Assembly (NCBI GenBank): GCA_002428685.1
Contig: DIXL01000034.1
Location: forward strand, 49-64,048
DNA length: 64,000 nucleotides
Origin: Cloacimonetes bacterium UBA6081
GTDB taxonomy: Bacteria > Cloacimonadota > Cloacimonadia > Cloacimonadales > Cloacimonadaceae
Direction of reading: 5' to 3'
Below the pieces are notes generated by a model, which saw nothing but the letters and a program-made list of their open reading frames with translations, was not told where the DNA came from and did not search any database. A program made the position numbers and the translations under genes. Of this stretch, positions 37,336-46,798 are shown in pieces. Positions within the stretch are counted from its first letter, which is position 1. Each line of letters starts with the position of its first letter.

Positions 37336-40300
37336 ATGAAAATTAAAAAAAGGTTGGCGATAATGAAACATCTCATTATGCTCATTGTTCTACTATCGGT
37401 TACGGTGGCTTTGATAGCTGGCGTAAGCAACTCTTACTCTCTTACTGCACCTAAAATTTCAACAGATGCAAATTTTTCTTATGTTAGCCTGGAAAATGCT
37501 CAAGGTTGGGGTGAACCAGGTAATCCGGATTTACCCTGGTATGGCATCAAATTGTTATTACCCATTGGCAGCGAAGCGACTAAGATTACAGTTAATCGCA
37601 GCTTACCCACTGTTTACACTTTAAGCAAACCGCTACACCCCCGGCAGCGGCAATATCCTTTTTCACATAAAACTTTAGAAGCTCCAACAGAACCCAATGA
37701 TCTGATTTATGGCTCAAATGGCGTTTACCCAAATCAAAGCGATAACGGGTTAACCACGGCCTTTTTAAGCGGCCATCCCATTGCTTGCACCGCTATAAGT
37801 CCTTTTGAATACGAGCCTCTAAGCGGCAAACTAACTTTTTATCAACAGCTTAGTGTAAATATCAGTTACGAGTTATCTGCCCGCGCCACCGAAGCTCAAC
37901 GCTTATTAAAACAGGATGAGTTTACAGCCAACCGCCTGAAAAAATCCGTAGATAATCCCGAAACCATAAGCATAAACCGTAACCGTGAAACCGGTGTGGA
38001 ATATCTGATTGTGTTAGACGGCGAAAAGCTTAGCCAGTGGCAACCACTGCAAAGCTTTTACGAACAGCGCGGACGTAAAGTTTTAATGAAGCCCATCGGT
38101 GAAATTGTTGCCTCCAGTGCCGGATCCGACACTCAGGAAAAACTGCGCAATTACATAATTGGGCTTTATACCACCAACCCCCTGCGTTATGTGCTGTTAG
38201 CCGGAGATACCGATGTGATACCTCATCGTGGCTTTTATGTAAACATGGGAACCAGCAGCGAAAGCGATACCGATATCCCCGCCGACATGTATTATTCCTG
38301 CTTGGACGGCAATTGGAACACTGATGGTGATACATATTGGGGCGAAATGTATGAAGCGGATTTCGCGGCAGAATTTGCCATCGGCCGTGTTTGTTACAAC
38401 AGCGATACGGAGATTGGTAATTTTATCAACAAACTTATGTGCTATCTGATTACCCCCATTGAATCTGAAATCAAAAGTGCTTTCTTCGCTGGCGAATGGC
38501 TGTGGGAAGGGCCTACCTGGGGTGGTGATTATATGGACGAAATGATAGACGGAAGCAGCATGCATGGCTATACAACAATTGGCGTTCCGACAGACTGGAA
38601 TATAACCACTCTATACGACCGCACCTATGGAGCAGCCGATTCCTGGGGAGCAAATGAAATCCGCCCCTTGCTTTCTAATGGACCAAACTTTGTAAATCAT
38701 CTGGGACATTCCAATACAACCTATACAATGAGGCTTTCGAACAATCAGGTTAGTGCTAACACAATAACCAATAATGGCGCAAATCACAACTTTTCCACCT
38801 ATTTTACCCAGGGTTGCTACTCCGGCTCATTCGACAATCGCGAAACCTCCCCTGGTAGCTATACCAGCGATTGCATTACCGAAAAGATGATGTCAATCTC
38901 CACAGGTCCTGTAGCAATGATAGCTCATTCGCGTTATGGTTGGGGTTCGCAAGGCAGCACAGACGGTGCATCGCAGTATTTGCACCGCCAATATAACGAT
39001 GCCATATTTGGTGAGGATATTTTGGAGCTTGGCTACACAATGGTAGATAGTAAAATAGATAATATTCCATTTATCAGCAACACTCCCGTTATGTATTGGG
39101 TTACTTACGAAACCAACGTGTTTGGCGATCCGGCCATGATGCTGTGGTCCAATACACCTCAATATGTGTCGGCTACCCTGCCCACACAGTGGTTGGTGGG
39201 CGTAAACAGCTATCAGATAATCACCAATGCCCCCTTTGCAGAATTTATCCTGAAACGTGATGGCTCTACTGTTGTAAGCACTATCGCCGATGCTAACGGC
39301 CTGATATCGGTAAGCCTGCTCGAAACCCTTAGCCCCGGAGTTTATCAGATATACATAAATGCTCCAAACTTCTATGCTTATGCTACCTCAGTAACCGTTT
39401 CAGCAGCCCAAATGCCATACATAGTAGCAACAGCGATTAGTTATAACGATGCAGACGGTCTCTATCATACCGGTGAAACCGTAAACGTGAACTTCTGGGC
39501 AAAGAACGTAGGAATGGTAAATCTGGATGGCAATGGAACCTTTACCTTAAGCTCTTCTTCCCCAAATATTCAGATTCTTACTGGAACAGTTGACTTCAAT
39601 GCCATCGCCAGTGGAGATTCGGTTTCCATTGCTATGCCCCTACAATTTGGAATAGTTGGCAACTATAATGACCTTGCCCGGGCTTTACTTACTTTCACTG
39701 CCTCCTACGCATCTTATACTTCCCAATCCACCAGTATCATAGCTCTAAATGCTCCTCAGCTTGATCTGGTTTCTTATCAGATAAACAATCCCACAATGTT
39801 GATAAATCCCGGCGACAGCCCTTCCCTTAGCTTTTCTGTGCTTAACAATGGTAGCGGAAACGCCTATAATCCCATGCTTATCTTGTTTTCGGAATCAGCT
39901 GATGTAGTGCTATCTGCCTACGAGCTGAGCCTTGGTCCAATTGGCCACAATAGCACCGGTAACTTCCCAAACGCATTTAGTGTTCAAATCCTCCCTTCAG
40001 CCGATATAGGCAGTAACATATCTATCGGTTACATCTTAGGCTCGGAAAATGGAGATAGCGTGGAAGGCAATTTTGTGATACATATCGGGCTGATCAGCTA
40101 TAGTTTTGAACCGGATTTTATGGGCTGGGAAACTGCGGTGATAAACCCCAGTTTCACCAATCAATGGCATCGTTCCAATGCACGCAACTGGACTCCCGAT
40201 GGAGTTTATAGCATGAAGTTTGGCAGCACAGGTACAGGCACTTATTCCGGAAGCTCTTATGGTGCCTTGATTAGCCCGATTATGACTGTTAATCCTGACT

Positions 40301-40944
40301 GCCAACTGAAGTTTTATCATTGGATGGATGCGGAAGTTCATACTACTGCCACAGCTTTTGCCTGGGATGGCGGATTGGTGCAAATGAGCCTGAATGGTGG
40401 AGAGTGGAACCAAATTACCCCCGTGGGCGGATACCCTTACCGGATCTATAATAACACCGCATCTCCCTTCTCTGCCAATACCTATGTTTATAGCGGCACT
40501 TTTAACTGGACGGAAGCCATATTTGAGCTTGGTTCCGTTACCGGCACTGCCCAATTCCGATTCGTTTTTGGCAGTGATGGCTATGTGGGAGGTGAAGGCT
40601 GGTACATTGATGATGTTCATATTACTGGAATTGTGGATGCAACAGACTACGTATTGCCAACAGTTACCCAGGTTATGCTTCACGAAAACTACCCCAATCC
40701 CTTTAATCCAAGTACTTCGCTTAGTTTTAGTTTACCCACACAAATGCCTGTCCGCCTTGATATTTACAACGTTAAGGGGCAATTAGTTAACACACTAATA
40801 AATAGTCCATTACCCGCTGGAGACCACACAGTGGTATGGAATGGTCTGGATAGCGGTAATCGCAGCGTATCCAGCGGAGTTTATTACTATCGGATCAAGA
40901 CTACCCAGGGAGAGCAAACTCGCAAGATGTTGCTGTTAAAATGA
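37336..40944 (+). CDS. C25 (gingipain-like) cysteine peptidase with T9SS C-terminal sorting domain
   Basis: Signal peptide, then VLLAGDTDVIPHRGF, a catalytic His region NHLGHSN and a Cys region YFTQGCYSGSFD. The C-terminus is ENYPNPFNPSTSLSF...IYNVKGQLV...SGVYYYRIKT. An alternative start is the ATG at 37363. Confidence 0.8.
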   Translation: MKIKKRLAIMKHLIMLIVLLSVTVALIAGVSNSYSLTAPKISTDANFSYVSLENAQGWGEPGNPDLPWYGIKLLLPIGSEATKITVNRSLPTVYTLSKPLHPRQRQYPFSHKTLEAPTEPNDLIYGSNGVYPNQSDNGLTTAFLSGHPIACTAISPFEYEPLSGKLTFYQQLSVNISYELSARATEAQRLLKQDEFTANRLKKSVDNPETISINRNRETGVEYLIVLDGEKLSQWQPLQSFYEQRGRKVLMKPIGEIVASSAGSDTQEKLRNYIIGLYTTNPLRYVLLAGDTDVIPHRGFYVNMGTSSESDTDIPADMYYSCLDGNWNTDGDTYWGEMYEADFAAEFAIGRVCYNSDTEIGNFINKLMCYLITPIESEIKSAFFAGEWLWEGPTWGGDYMDEMIDGSSMHGYTTIGVPTDWNITTLYDRTYGAADSWGANEIRPLLSNGPNFVNHLGHSNTTYTMRLSNNQVSANTITNNGANHNFSTYFTQGCYSGSFDNRETSPGSYTSDCITEKMMSISTGPVAMIAHSRYGWGSQGSTDGASQYLHRQYNDAIFGEDILELGYTMVDSKIDNIPFISNTPVMYWVTYETNVFGDPAMMLWSNTPQYVSATLPTQWLVGVNSYQIITNAPFAEFILKRDGSTVVSTIADANGLISVSLLETLSPGVYQIYINAPNFYAYATSVTVSAAQMPYIVATAISYNDADGLYHTGETVNVNFWAKNVGMVNLDGNGTFTLSSSSPNIQILTGTVDFNAIASGDSVSIAMPLQFGIVGNYNDLARALLTFTASYASYTSQSTSIIALNAPQLDLVSYQINNPTMLINPGDSPSLSFSVLNNGSGNAYNPMLILFSESADVVLSAYELSLGPIGHNSTGNFPNAFSVQILPSADIGSNISIGYILGSENGDSVEGNFVIHIGLISYSFEPDFMGWETAVINPSFTNQWHRSNARNWTPDGVYSMKFGSTGTGTYSGSSYGALISPIMTVNPDCQLKFYHWMDAEVHTTATAFAWDGGLVQMSLNGGEWNQITPVGGYPYRIYNNTASPFSANTYVYSGTFNWTEAIFELGSVTGTAQFRFVFGSDGYVGGEGWYIDDVHITGIVDATDYVLPTVTQVMLHENYPNPFNPSTSLSFSLPTQMPVRLDIYNVKGQLVNTLINSPLPAGDHTVVWNGLDSGNRSVSSGVYYYRIKTTQGEQTRKMLLLK

Positions 40945-41651
40945 TCCAATTTTCTCCCAGTTCAAAAGTTATAGCACTTACCGGCTCAGGCATAAGTGCC
41001 GAATCGGGCATAAAGACTTTTCGCGATAGCGGTGGTTTGTGGGAAAACCACCGCATCGAGGATATAGCCTCGGTAGATGGATTCAACCGCAATTCGCTGA
41101 GGGTGTGGAACTTTTACAAACAACGCTATACGGAAAGCCTTGACTGCCAGCCTAATCCGGGGCATTATGCTTTGGTGAAGCTGGAAGAATATCTGGGCAA
41201 AAACTTCACCCTGATTACGCAAAACGTGGATGGCCTGCATGGCAAAGCCGGAAGTAAACATGTTTGGGAAATTCATGGAAGTTTACAACGCTGCTATTGC
41301 ACTTCGTGCAAAGCGAAATATAACATGCAGGAAGTATTGAACGAACTGCCTACTCCCACATGTAAACTTTGCAACACCATCTTGCGTCCCGATATTATTT
41401 GGTTTGGTGAAATACCATATTTTTTGGCAGAGATAGAAACTGCCCTAAGAAACTGCGAATACCTGATTGTGGTTGGAACCAGCGGGATAGTTTATCCTGC
41501 TGCAGGTTTTGTGATGAGTGCTAAGTTGTTGGGAGCCATGACCATTGGTATAAATTTGGAAAAACCGGCCAACCTTAGCTTTATTGACGAATTTTACCAA
41601 GGCAAATCCGGAGATTTATTGCCCGAATTGGTGCAACAGTGGATTGCTTAG
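40941..41651 (+). CDS. cobB: NAD-dependent protein deacylase (Sir2 family)
   Basis: LTGSGISAESGIKTFR, QNVDGLH and a Zn ribbon CxxC...CxxC (CTSCKAKY...CKLCNT). ATGA overlap with the peptidase stop. Confidence 0.85.
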   Translation: MIQFSPSSKVIALTGSGISAESGIKTFRDSGGLWENHRIEDIASVDGFNRNSLRVWNFYKQRYTESLDCQPNPGHYALVKLEEYLGKNFTLITQNVDGLHGKAGSKHVWEIHGSLQRCYCTSCKAKYNMQEVLNELPTPTCKLCNTILRPDIIWFGEIPYFLAEIETALRNCEYLIVVGTSGIVYPAAGFVMSAKLLGAMTIGINLEKPANLSFIDEFYQGKSGDLLPELVQQWIA

Positions 41652-41756
41652 TCTCTGTATAAAGAAAATCATTGACTTCATCCCCCCTGCTTTATTAGTT
41701 GGGTTCAAGGGTTCATTGCCTGTTTAGTGGCGATTTTGTGAACCAAGGAGCTATGG

Positions 41757-43046
41757 ATGCGTAAGTTCATAATACTGATTTTGGCAATTGTGTGTATGGT
41801 TGGCGGGTGTAAAAGTGCTCTGAATTCCGACAAGGTGAAAGTTACCTTCTGGCATGGGCTTAGCGGTCCGCTTGGCGATACCTTGAATGAAATGATCAGG
41901 GAATTCAACCGCACTCACGACGATGTGGAAGTGGTGGCCAATCCCATTAGCAGCTATACTGCTCTTTCCCAAAAGTTGATGGCCTCTATCCAGGCAAAAA
42001 AGCAACCCGATATTGCCCAGGTATTTGAATCATGGACATCCAAATACATCGAAGCAGGGGTGCTTTGCAGCTTTGAAGAACTAATGGCGGCAGATAAGGA
42101 CTTCAGCAGCGAAAGCCTGAACGATATCTATCCGGTGTTTTTAAAATCCAACACCTTTAATGACACCATCTATAGCTTTCCCTTTAACAAAAGCGTCCGG
42201 GCTTATTTTTATAACAAAGACGAATTTTATCGCGCCGGTCTTGATCCCAACCATTTCCCTGCTAATTGGACAGAATTCCGGTCTTACTGCCAAAAAATGA
42301 CCACAGACACCAATAAAGATGGTAAACCGGATAAGTTTGGCACAAATTTTAACGTGAATGAATGGCAGTTCGTAAATTTACTCCACCAATCCGGAGGCTC
42401 AATATTGGATGAGAAGGGAAATCCACAGCTAAATAGTGCTCAGGGTGTGGAAGCTCTTAGTTTTGTCAGCGACCTGATAAATAAAGACAAAACCGTTTAT
42501 TTAGTGCGCGAATTTGAGGGACAAAATGACTTTTTGGCCGGAATTGCCGCCATGTATGAAGGTTCCAGCGTCTCCATTACCCATATGCGTCAACAGCCCA
42601 TCAATTTTAATATTGGCTATGCTCCGCTACCTATCCATAAAACAAATAAAAGCGCAGTCAGCGGGGCAAACATTGTAATTTTTAAAAGCGGAAACAAAGC
42701 CAGAGAACAAGCAGCCTGGAAGTTTATCAAATGGTTTACCGACACAGAGCAAACCGCCAAGTGGAGTGCTGCCACCTGCTATATGCCGGTGCGCAAAAGT
42801 GCCATGCAATCTCCCACTCTGGTAAACTTCTTAAAGGAATATCCCCAGTTTCAGGGTATTTATGACCAACTGGAAAATGCTGTGTATGAGCCTCAAATCC
42901 CTGCCTGGTTTAAAGCCAGACCAGAGCTGAAAGGTTTTTTGGAAAAGGCCATGCGTGGAAATTCCACTCCCAAAGAAGCCTTGGATGAAGCAAATGCCAA
43001 GTTCAAAGCCATTATTGCCGAGGAGCTATACGTAAAGAAATTGTGA
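41757..43046 (+). CDS. extracellular solute-binding lipoprotein (ABC family-1, sugar-type), with no permease or ATPase nearby
   Basis: AAGGAG RBS and lipobox MRKFIILILAIVCMVGGC. The VTFWHG...QPDIAQ...W pattern is typical of family-1 SBPs. Confidence 0.7.
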   Translation: MRKFIILILAIVCMVGGCKSALNSDKVKVTFWHGLSGPLGDTLNEMIREFNRTHDDVEVVANPISSYTALSQKLMASIQAKKQPDIAQVFESWTSKYIEAGVLCSFEELMAADKDFSSESLNDIYPVFLKSNTFNDTIYSFPFNKSVRAYFYNKDEFYRAGLDPNHFPANWTEFRSYCQKMTTDTNKDGKPDKFGTNFNVNEWQFVNLLHQSGGSILDEKGNPQLNSAQGVEALSFVSDLINKDKTVYLVREFEGQNDFLAGIAAMYEGSSVSITHMRQQPINFNIGYAPLPIHKTNKSAVSGANIVIFKSGNKAREQAAWKFIKWFTDTEQTAKWSAATCYMPVRKSAMQSPTLVNFLKEYPQFQGIYDQLENAVYEPQIPAWFKARPELKGFLEKAMRGNSTPKEALDEANAKFKAIIAEELYVKKL

Positions 43047-43056
43047 GTGTAACGTA

Positions 43057-44991
43057 GTGAAACAGGTTTTCAGCCCCAATACCAATATGGATACTCTAAA
43101 ACCCCAAAGACCCATACTGCTAAAGCTGTTGCTTTCAATTCTTCTGCCTTTGTGCATTATCTATATTGTCATTTTGCTGGTTTCCTACAAGCTAAATCGC
43201 AACAACGCCGAAAAGAAGGCGGAGGACTATCTTAGCGAGCTTTGTGCCCACCATGCCTCTGTGTTGGATGGCAACCTGAAACAGGTTATGCGTCAAACAG
43301 AAAGCACCTCAGCCGCAATAAAATTAATCCCCCAGCCGGATAGCCTTTCCTTAAGAGAATACCTACGTAAGAACGTTCAGGTAAATCCTTTCTTATCAGG
43401 CTTGGCTTTTGCCTTTGAGCCATATCGCTATACCATAGAAAAACGGCTTTATTGCCCCTATCTTTGCCGCAAAGAATTTGACATTATCCCTTTGGATGTT
43501 GCTGATAGTTATGATTATACTTTGCAAGACTGGTATATAAATCCCACCTTGAAATTAGACGGCTATTGGACAGAGCCCTACCTTGGGGGAGCAAGCGGAA
43601 TTTTAAATGCAACCTATACTTATCCTTCTTATAAAGAGGGCATTCTATATGGAGTAGCAGCAGCGGATTTGTCCCTAACCGAATTGACCAAGGAACTTGG
43701 CGAGCTAAAGTTACCCGATGCCTATGTTTTTTTAGTTAGCAAAAAAGGCAATTTTATTGCCCATCCCAAGCAAGATTGGATTTTGAAGCAAAGCCTTGTC
43801 AGCGTGTCCGATAGTCTTGCTCCAGAGCTGAAGAATCTAAATTCCATAATGGGAAAATCACCAAGCGGTATCTTAAAAACCAGCTCAGTAATAGGCAAAA
43901 CTTGGATTGTTTATCGCCAAATACCTGCCACAGGCTGGACTTTTGCCGCAGTCTTAAGCGAAAAAGGTGTTTTAGCGGCAGTTCACAAACAGTTGCTTAC
44001 TCAGCTTGGACTGATGCTTTTGGGCTTGGCTATCATCATATTTTTCATCATCGCCTCAGCCATAAATATTACCAAACCTATCAGCCTGCTTAGCTCTCAT
44101 GCCCATCAAATTGCCCAAGGTGATTTGGATACTCTGCTTCCAGAAAGCGGCGGCAGGGATGAGCTTAGTGCTTTGAGCGTAGATTTTAACACCATGACGA
44201 AAGAGCTAAAAGAGCAAATTGCTCAAACCAAAGCCATGGCGATTGCCACAGCGAGAGTGGAAAGCGAACTAAGCATTGCGCGCAACATCCAACAATCCCT
44301 TTTACCCCATGTGTTTCCCCCTTTTCCTCAACGCAAGGAGTTTTCGCTATTTGCCCAAATGATCCCAGCCCGTGAAGTTGCCGGCGATTTCTTCGATTTC
44401 TTCTTTTTAGACCCTACGCATTTGGTTCTAATCATTGCCGATGTCTCCGGCAAAGGCATTCCTGCTGCTTTGTTTATGGCAGTAACACGCACTTTACTAA
44501 AAACTGCCTGCGAGGCAAATACAACCCCCTCGGAGGCATTGAACAAGGTGAATAACGTGCTTAGCATGGATAACGACAATTGCATGTTCACAACTCTCTT
44601 TATCGGGATTTATAACGTGTTGTCAGGACAGCTTTGCTATGCCAATGCAGGGCACTTAACACCCTTGCTTTTTGCACCGGATGGCAGTTTCACCTGTCTG
44701 CAAAGCTTTGGTGATCCAGCTTTGGGCATTTTGGAAGAGCATCAGTATCATGAAGCCTGCACAATTTTGAATATAGATGACCGCTTAGTGCTTTACACAG
44801 ATGGAGTTAGCGAAGCCCAGGATGCAGATGACAACCTCTATGGTATGGAACGTTTCATCGGTTTGCTTAATTTGACTCTGAATCAACCGTTCGAAGAGGT
44901 GCAGCGCGTGATTCAGGAAGACCTTTTCACTTACCAAAATGGCGAATTGGCTGATGATATCACTATGCTCTTCTTTAGCAGGAAACAATGA
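43057..44991 (+). CDS. membrane sensor: Cache-like periplasmic domain, HAMP, PP2C/SpoIIE serine phosphatase (RsbU-like)
   Basis: Two TM helices bracket a periplasmic region of about 270 aa (DWYINP...YWTEPY). The HAMP-like segment is ITKPISLLSSHAHQIAQGDLD. PP2C motifs are REVAGDFFDFF, IADVSGKGIPAALFM and LYTDGVSEAQ. Confidence 0.8.
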   Translation: MKQVFSPNTNMDTLKPQRPILLKLLLSILLPLCIIYIVILLVSYKLNRNNAEKKAEDYLSELCAHHASVLDGNLKQVMRQTESTSAAIKLIPQPDSLSLREYLRKNVQVNPFLSGLAFAFEPYRYTIEKRLYCPYLCRKEFDIIPLDVADSYDYTLQDWYINPTLKLDGYWTEPYLGGASGILNATYTYPSYKEGILYGVAAADLSLTELTKELGELKLPDAYVFLVSKKGNFIAHPKQDWILKQSLVSVSDSLAPELKNLNSIMGKSPSGILKTSSVIGKTWIVYRQIPATGWTFAAVLSEKGVLAAVHKQLLTQLGLMLLGLAIIIFFIIASAINITKPISLLSSHAHQIAQGDLDTLLPESGGRDELSALSVDFNTMTKELKEQIAQTKAMAIATARVESELSIARNIQQSLLPHVFPPFPQRKEFSLFAQMIPAREVAGDFFDFFFLDPTHLVLIIADVSGKGIPAALFMAVTRTLLKTACEANTTPSEALNKVNNVLSMDNDNCMFTTLFIGIYNVLSGQLCYANAGHLTPLLFAPDGSFTCLQSFGDPALGILEEHQYHEACTILNIDDRLVLYTDGVSEAQDADDNLYGMERFIGLLNLTLNQPFEEVQRVIQEDLFTYQNGELADDITMLFFSRKQ

Positions 44992-45428
44992 AAACCTATA
45001 CAATCAAGCTTCGTCCCAATCTGTCAGAGCTGGAAAGCCTATTCACCTGGCTGGAGACAATTCCTCTACCGCAATATGTTGCGCCTCAGCCGGTTGCCTT
45101 GATCTGCGAAGAAGTTTTTTGCAATATTGTTACCCATGCCTATGATAGCTTTTCCGATCCGCTAAATAGAGATATTGAAGTCCGCATATATTTTTCGGAT
45201 GAGATGTTCGTACTCAAGTTTAGCGATTTTGGGCTTCCTTTTACCAGCGGGGAAAACAAGGAAAAGCTAAGTTCCCAAAGCCTGGAAGACCGCCCTCTGG
45301 GGGGAGTTGGCTGGCCTTTGATTCGTCATTTTTCGGATGAGGTGCAATACCAAACCCGTAACGACAACAATATTTTAACCATTAAAAAGCTAAATCAAGG
45401 AGTAAAACATGGAAATAACCACGAATAG
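44988..45428 (+). CDS. anti-sigma-factor-type serine kinase (RsbW/SpoIIAB-like HATPase)
   Basis: N-box EEVFCNIVTHAY, then DFGLPF and GGVGWPLI G-boxes. It is 146 aa with an ATGA overlap with the phosphatase gene. Confidence 0.75.
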   Translation: MKTYTIKLRPNLSELESLFTWLETIPLPQYVAPQPVALICEEVFCNIVTHAYDSFSDPLNRDIEVRIYFSDEMFVLKFSDFGLPFTSGENKEKLSSQSLEDRPLGGVGWPLIRHFSDEVQYQTRNDNNILTIKKLNQGVKHGNNHE

Positions 45429-45741
45429 TATCAATGATGCCACGATTGTAGCAATCAATGGCAAATTGGATGCACTCACCTGTGGAAATGTGGAAACCGC
45501 CCTGGCGCAATTGATAGATAGCGGAAAAACCAGTTTGGTGATAGATTTTACCGAGCTTAGCTACATCAGCAGCGCGGGCTTGAGAATTTTGCTAAAGACG
45601 GCCAAGCAACTTAAAGGAATCAACGGCAGCCTCGTGCTTTGCTGTATGAAGGATTTCATTAAAGAAGTGTTTGATGTGTCTGGCTTTAGCAGTATTATTC
45701 CAATTACGGATACTGTGGAAAATGCCCTCCAGTTACGATAG
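45409..45741 (+). CDS. STAS-domain anti-sigma-factor antagonist (RsbV/SpoIIAA-like)
   Basis: 110 aa, with the phosphorylatable-serine context LSYISSAGLRILL. Confidence 0.8.
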   Translation: MEITTNSINDATIVAINGKLDALTCGNVETALAQLIDSGKTSLVIDFTELSYISSAGLRILLKTAKQLKGINGSLVLCCMKDFIKEVFDVSGFSSIIPITDTVENALQLR

Positions 45742-45750
45742 GAGAAAACG

Positions 45751-46395
45751 ATGCTAAACTGTGCGGAAGAGCTAATCCTTTTGGCCATAGACGATGAAAG
45801 TGGCGCATTTTACCGGATGACGAATGTAAATTTTAACCTTGCTTTGGTGGGGGCTTTGTTAATGGATTTAGCCCTCAGAAACCGCCTGGATGCAGATTTG
45901 AGCCACATCTATGTAATAGACAAAACCCCAACCGGTGATCCTTATCTGGATCAAATTTTGCTCACCATCAGTTCTCCCGATGCCAGCGGAGATACTGCCA
46001 CTCTGGTGCGCCAGCTATATAACAACCTTGAGCTGCTTAGAGACAAGCTGCTAAAGAGTCTGGAAGAAAAGGGCGTGATCCGGGTTACCGAAAGCAAAGT
46101 CCTCTGGCTGTTCAAACAGCGTAGATATCCTGTGATAGACAACCGCGAAGAAAAAGAAGTGCTCTCGCGCATCAGAGAAACAGTAACAACCGATGTAATC
46201 CCCGAGCCGAAAGATGTAGTACTTATTTCTCTGCTTTACACCTGTGATCTGATGGATAAGATTTTTACCAAAGAAGAACTTCATAAGCATCAAAAGCGCA
46301 TTGAGATAATTCAAAAGATGGATCTCATCAGCCATGCTGTCAATCGTATCATCGGCGAAGTGCAAGTGATGATTAATTCGGCTTTCATTACATAA
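45751..46395 (+). CDS. GPP34/GOLPH3-family protein
   Basis: EELILLAIDDESG... and LVGALLMDLALRNRL match the bacterial GPP34 signature; 214 aa. Confidence 0.6.
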   Translation: MLNCAEELILLAIDDESGAFYRMTNVNFNLALVGALLMDLALRNRLDADLSHIYVIDKTPTGDPYLDQILLTISSPDASGDTATLVRQLYNNLELLRDKLLKSLEEKGVIRVTESKVLWLFKQRRYPVIDNREEKEVLSRIRETVTTDVIPEPKDVVLISLLYTCDLMDKIFTKEELHKHQKRIEIIQKMDLISHAVNRIIGEVQVMINSAFIT

Positions 46396-46451
46396 TATTT
46401 CAGCTTTTGCTTGACTTATAACCTGCGTATAAGATTTTTGCATCACTGTGA

Positions 46452-46527
46452 GCGGGCATAGCTCAGTTGGTAGAGCATTAGCTTCCCAAGCTGAGGGTCG
46501 CGGGTTCGAGTCCCGTTGCCCGCTCCA
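46452..46527 (+). tRNA. tRNA-Gly (anticodon CCC), CCA encoded
   Basis: Cloverleaf by hand: acceptor GCGGGCA/TGCCCGC, D arm GCTC-AGTTGGTA-GAGC, anticodon stem TTAGC/GCTGA with loop TTCCCAA, T arm GCGGG-TTCGAGT-CCCGT. The CTTCCCAAG context matches E. coli glyU. Confidence 0.9.
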
Positions 46528-46565
46528 TTATCTCATCGGAACAATGCTCTTTTTTTTTGATAAAA

Positions 46566-46700
46566 ACTCCCCACACACTCTCCTTGCTTGCTTAGTCTCT
46601 CTCTTATCACCTGCAATCCTGCCGAACAGCTCCCGAACTTAGTTCAGGAAGTGTGCGGGAAATAAGTTGCCGGGAAGCCAGTAGGTGAGCAAGGAAGAAG
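46566..46700. repeat. C-rich mosaic palindromic repeat downstream of the tRNA
   Basis: CCTTGCTTGCTTAGTCTCTCTCTTATCACC (46582-46611) resembles the reverse complement of 56183-56213. CTCCCGAAC..TTCAGGAAG (46630-46651) resembles 56135-56155. GTAGGTGAGCAAGGAAG (46681-97) is loosely complementary to the left arm. Confidence 0.7.
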
Positions 46701-46798
46701 CTTGTCCTGCCTCCCCAGCGCACAACCAGAAAATCTGTGCTTGACATAAAAGGGGTATTTTTGATTTTAAGCTTACAAGAATAGGAGATGCAATACAG

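Noticed and set aside
40036-40683. 215-aa antisense ORF inside the C25 peptidase gene. Similar long shadow ORFs occur at 47426..47959, 48014..48478, 53773..54387, 24971..25513, 10427..10771 and 12066..12413.
   Set aside because: All lie entirely opposite or out of frame within genes that carry strong family motifs. Their sequences are low-complexity or biased (Cys/His/Arg rich), as is typical of non-coding shadow frames.
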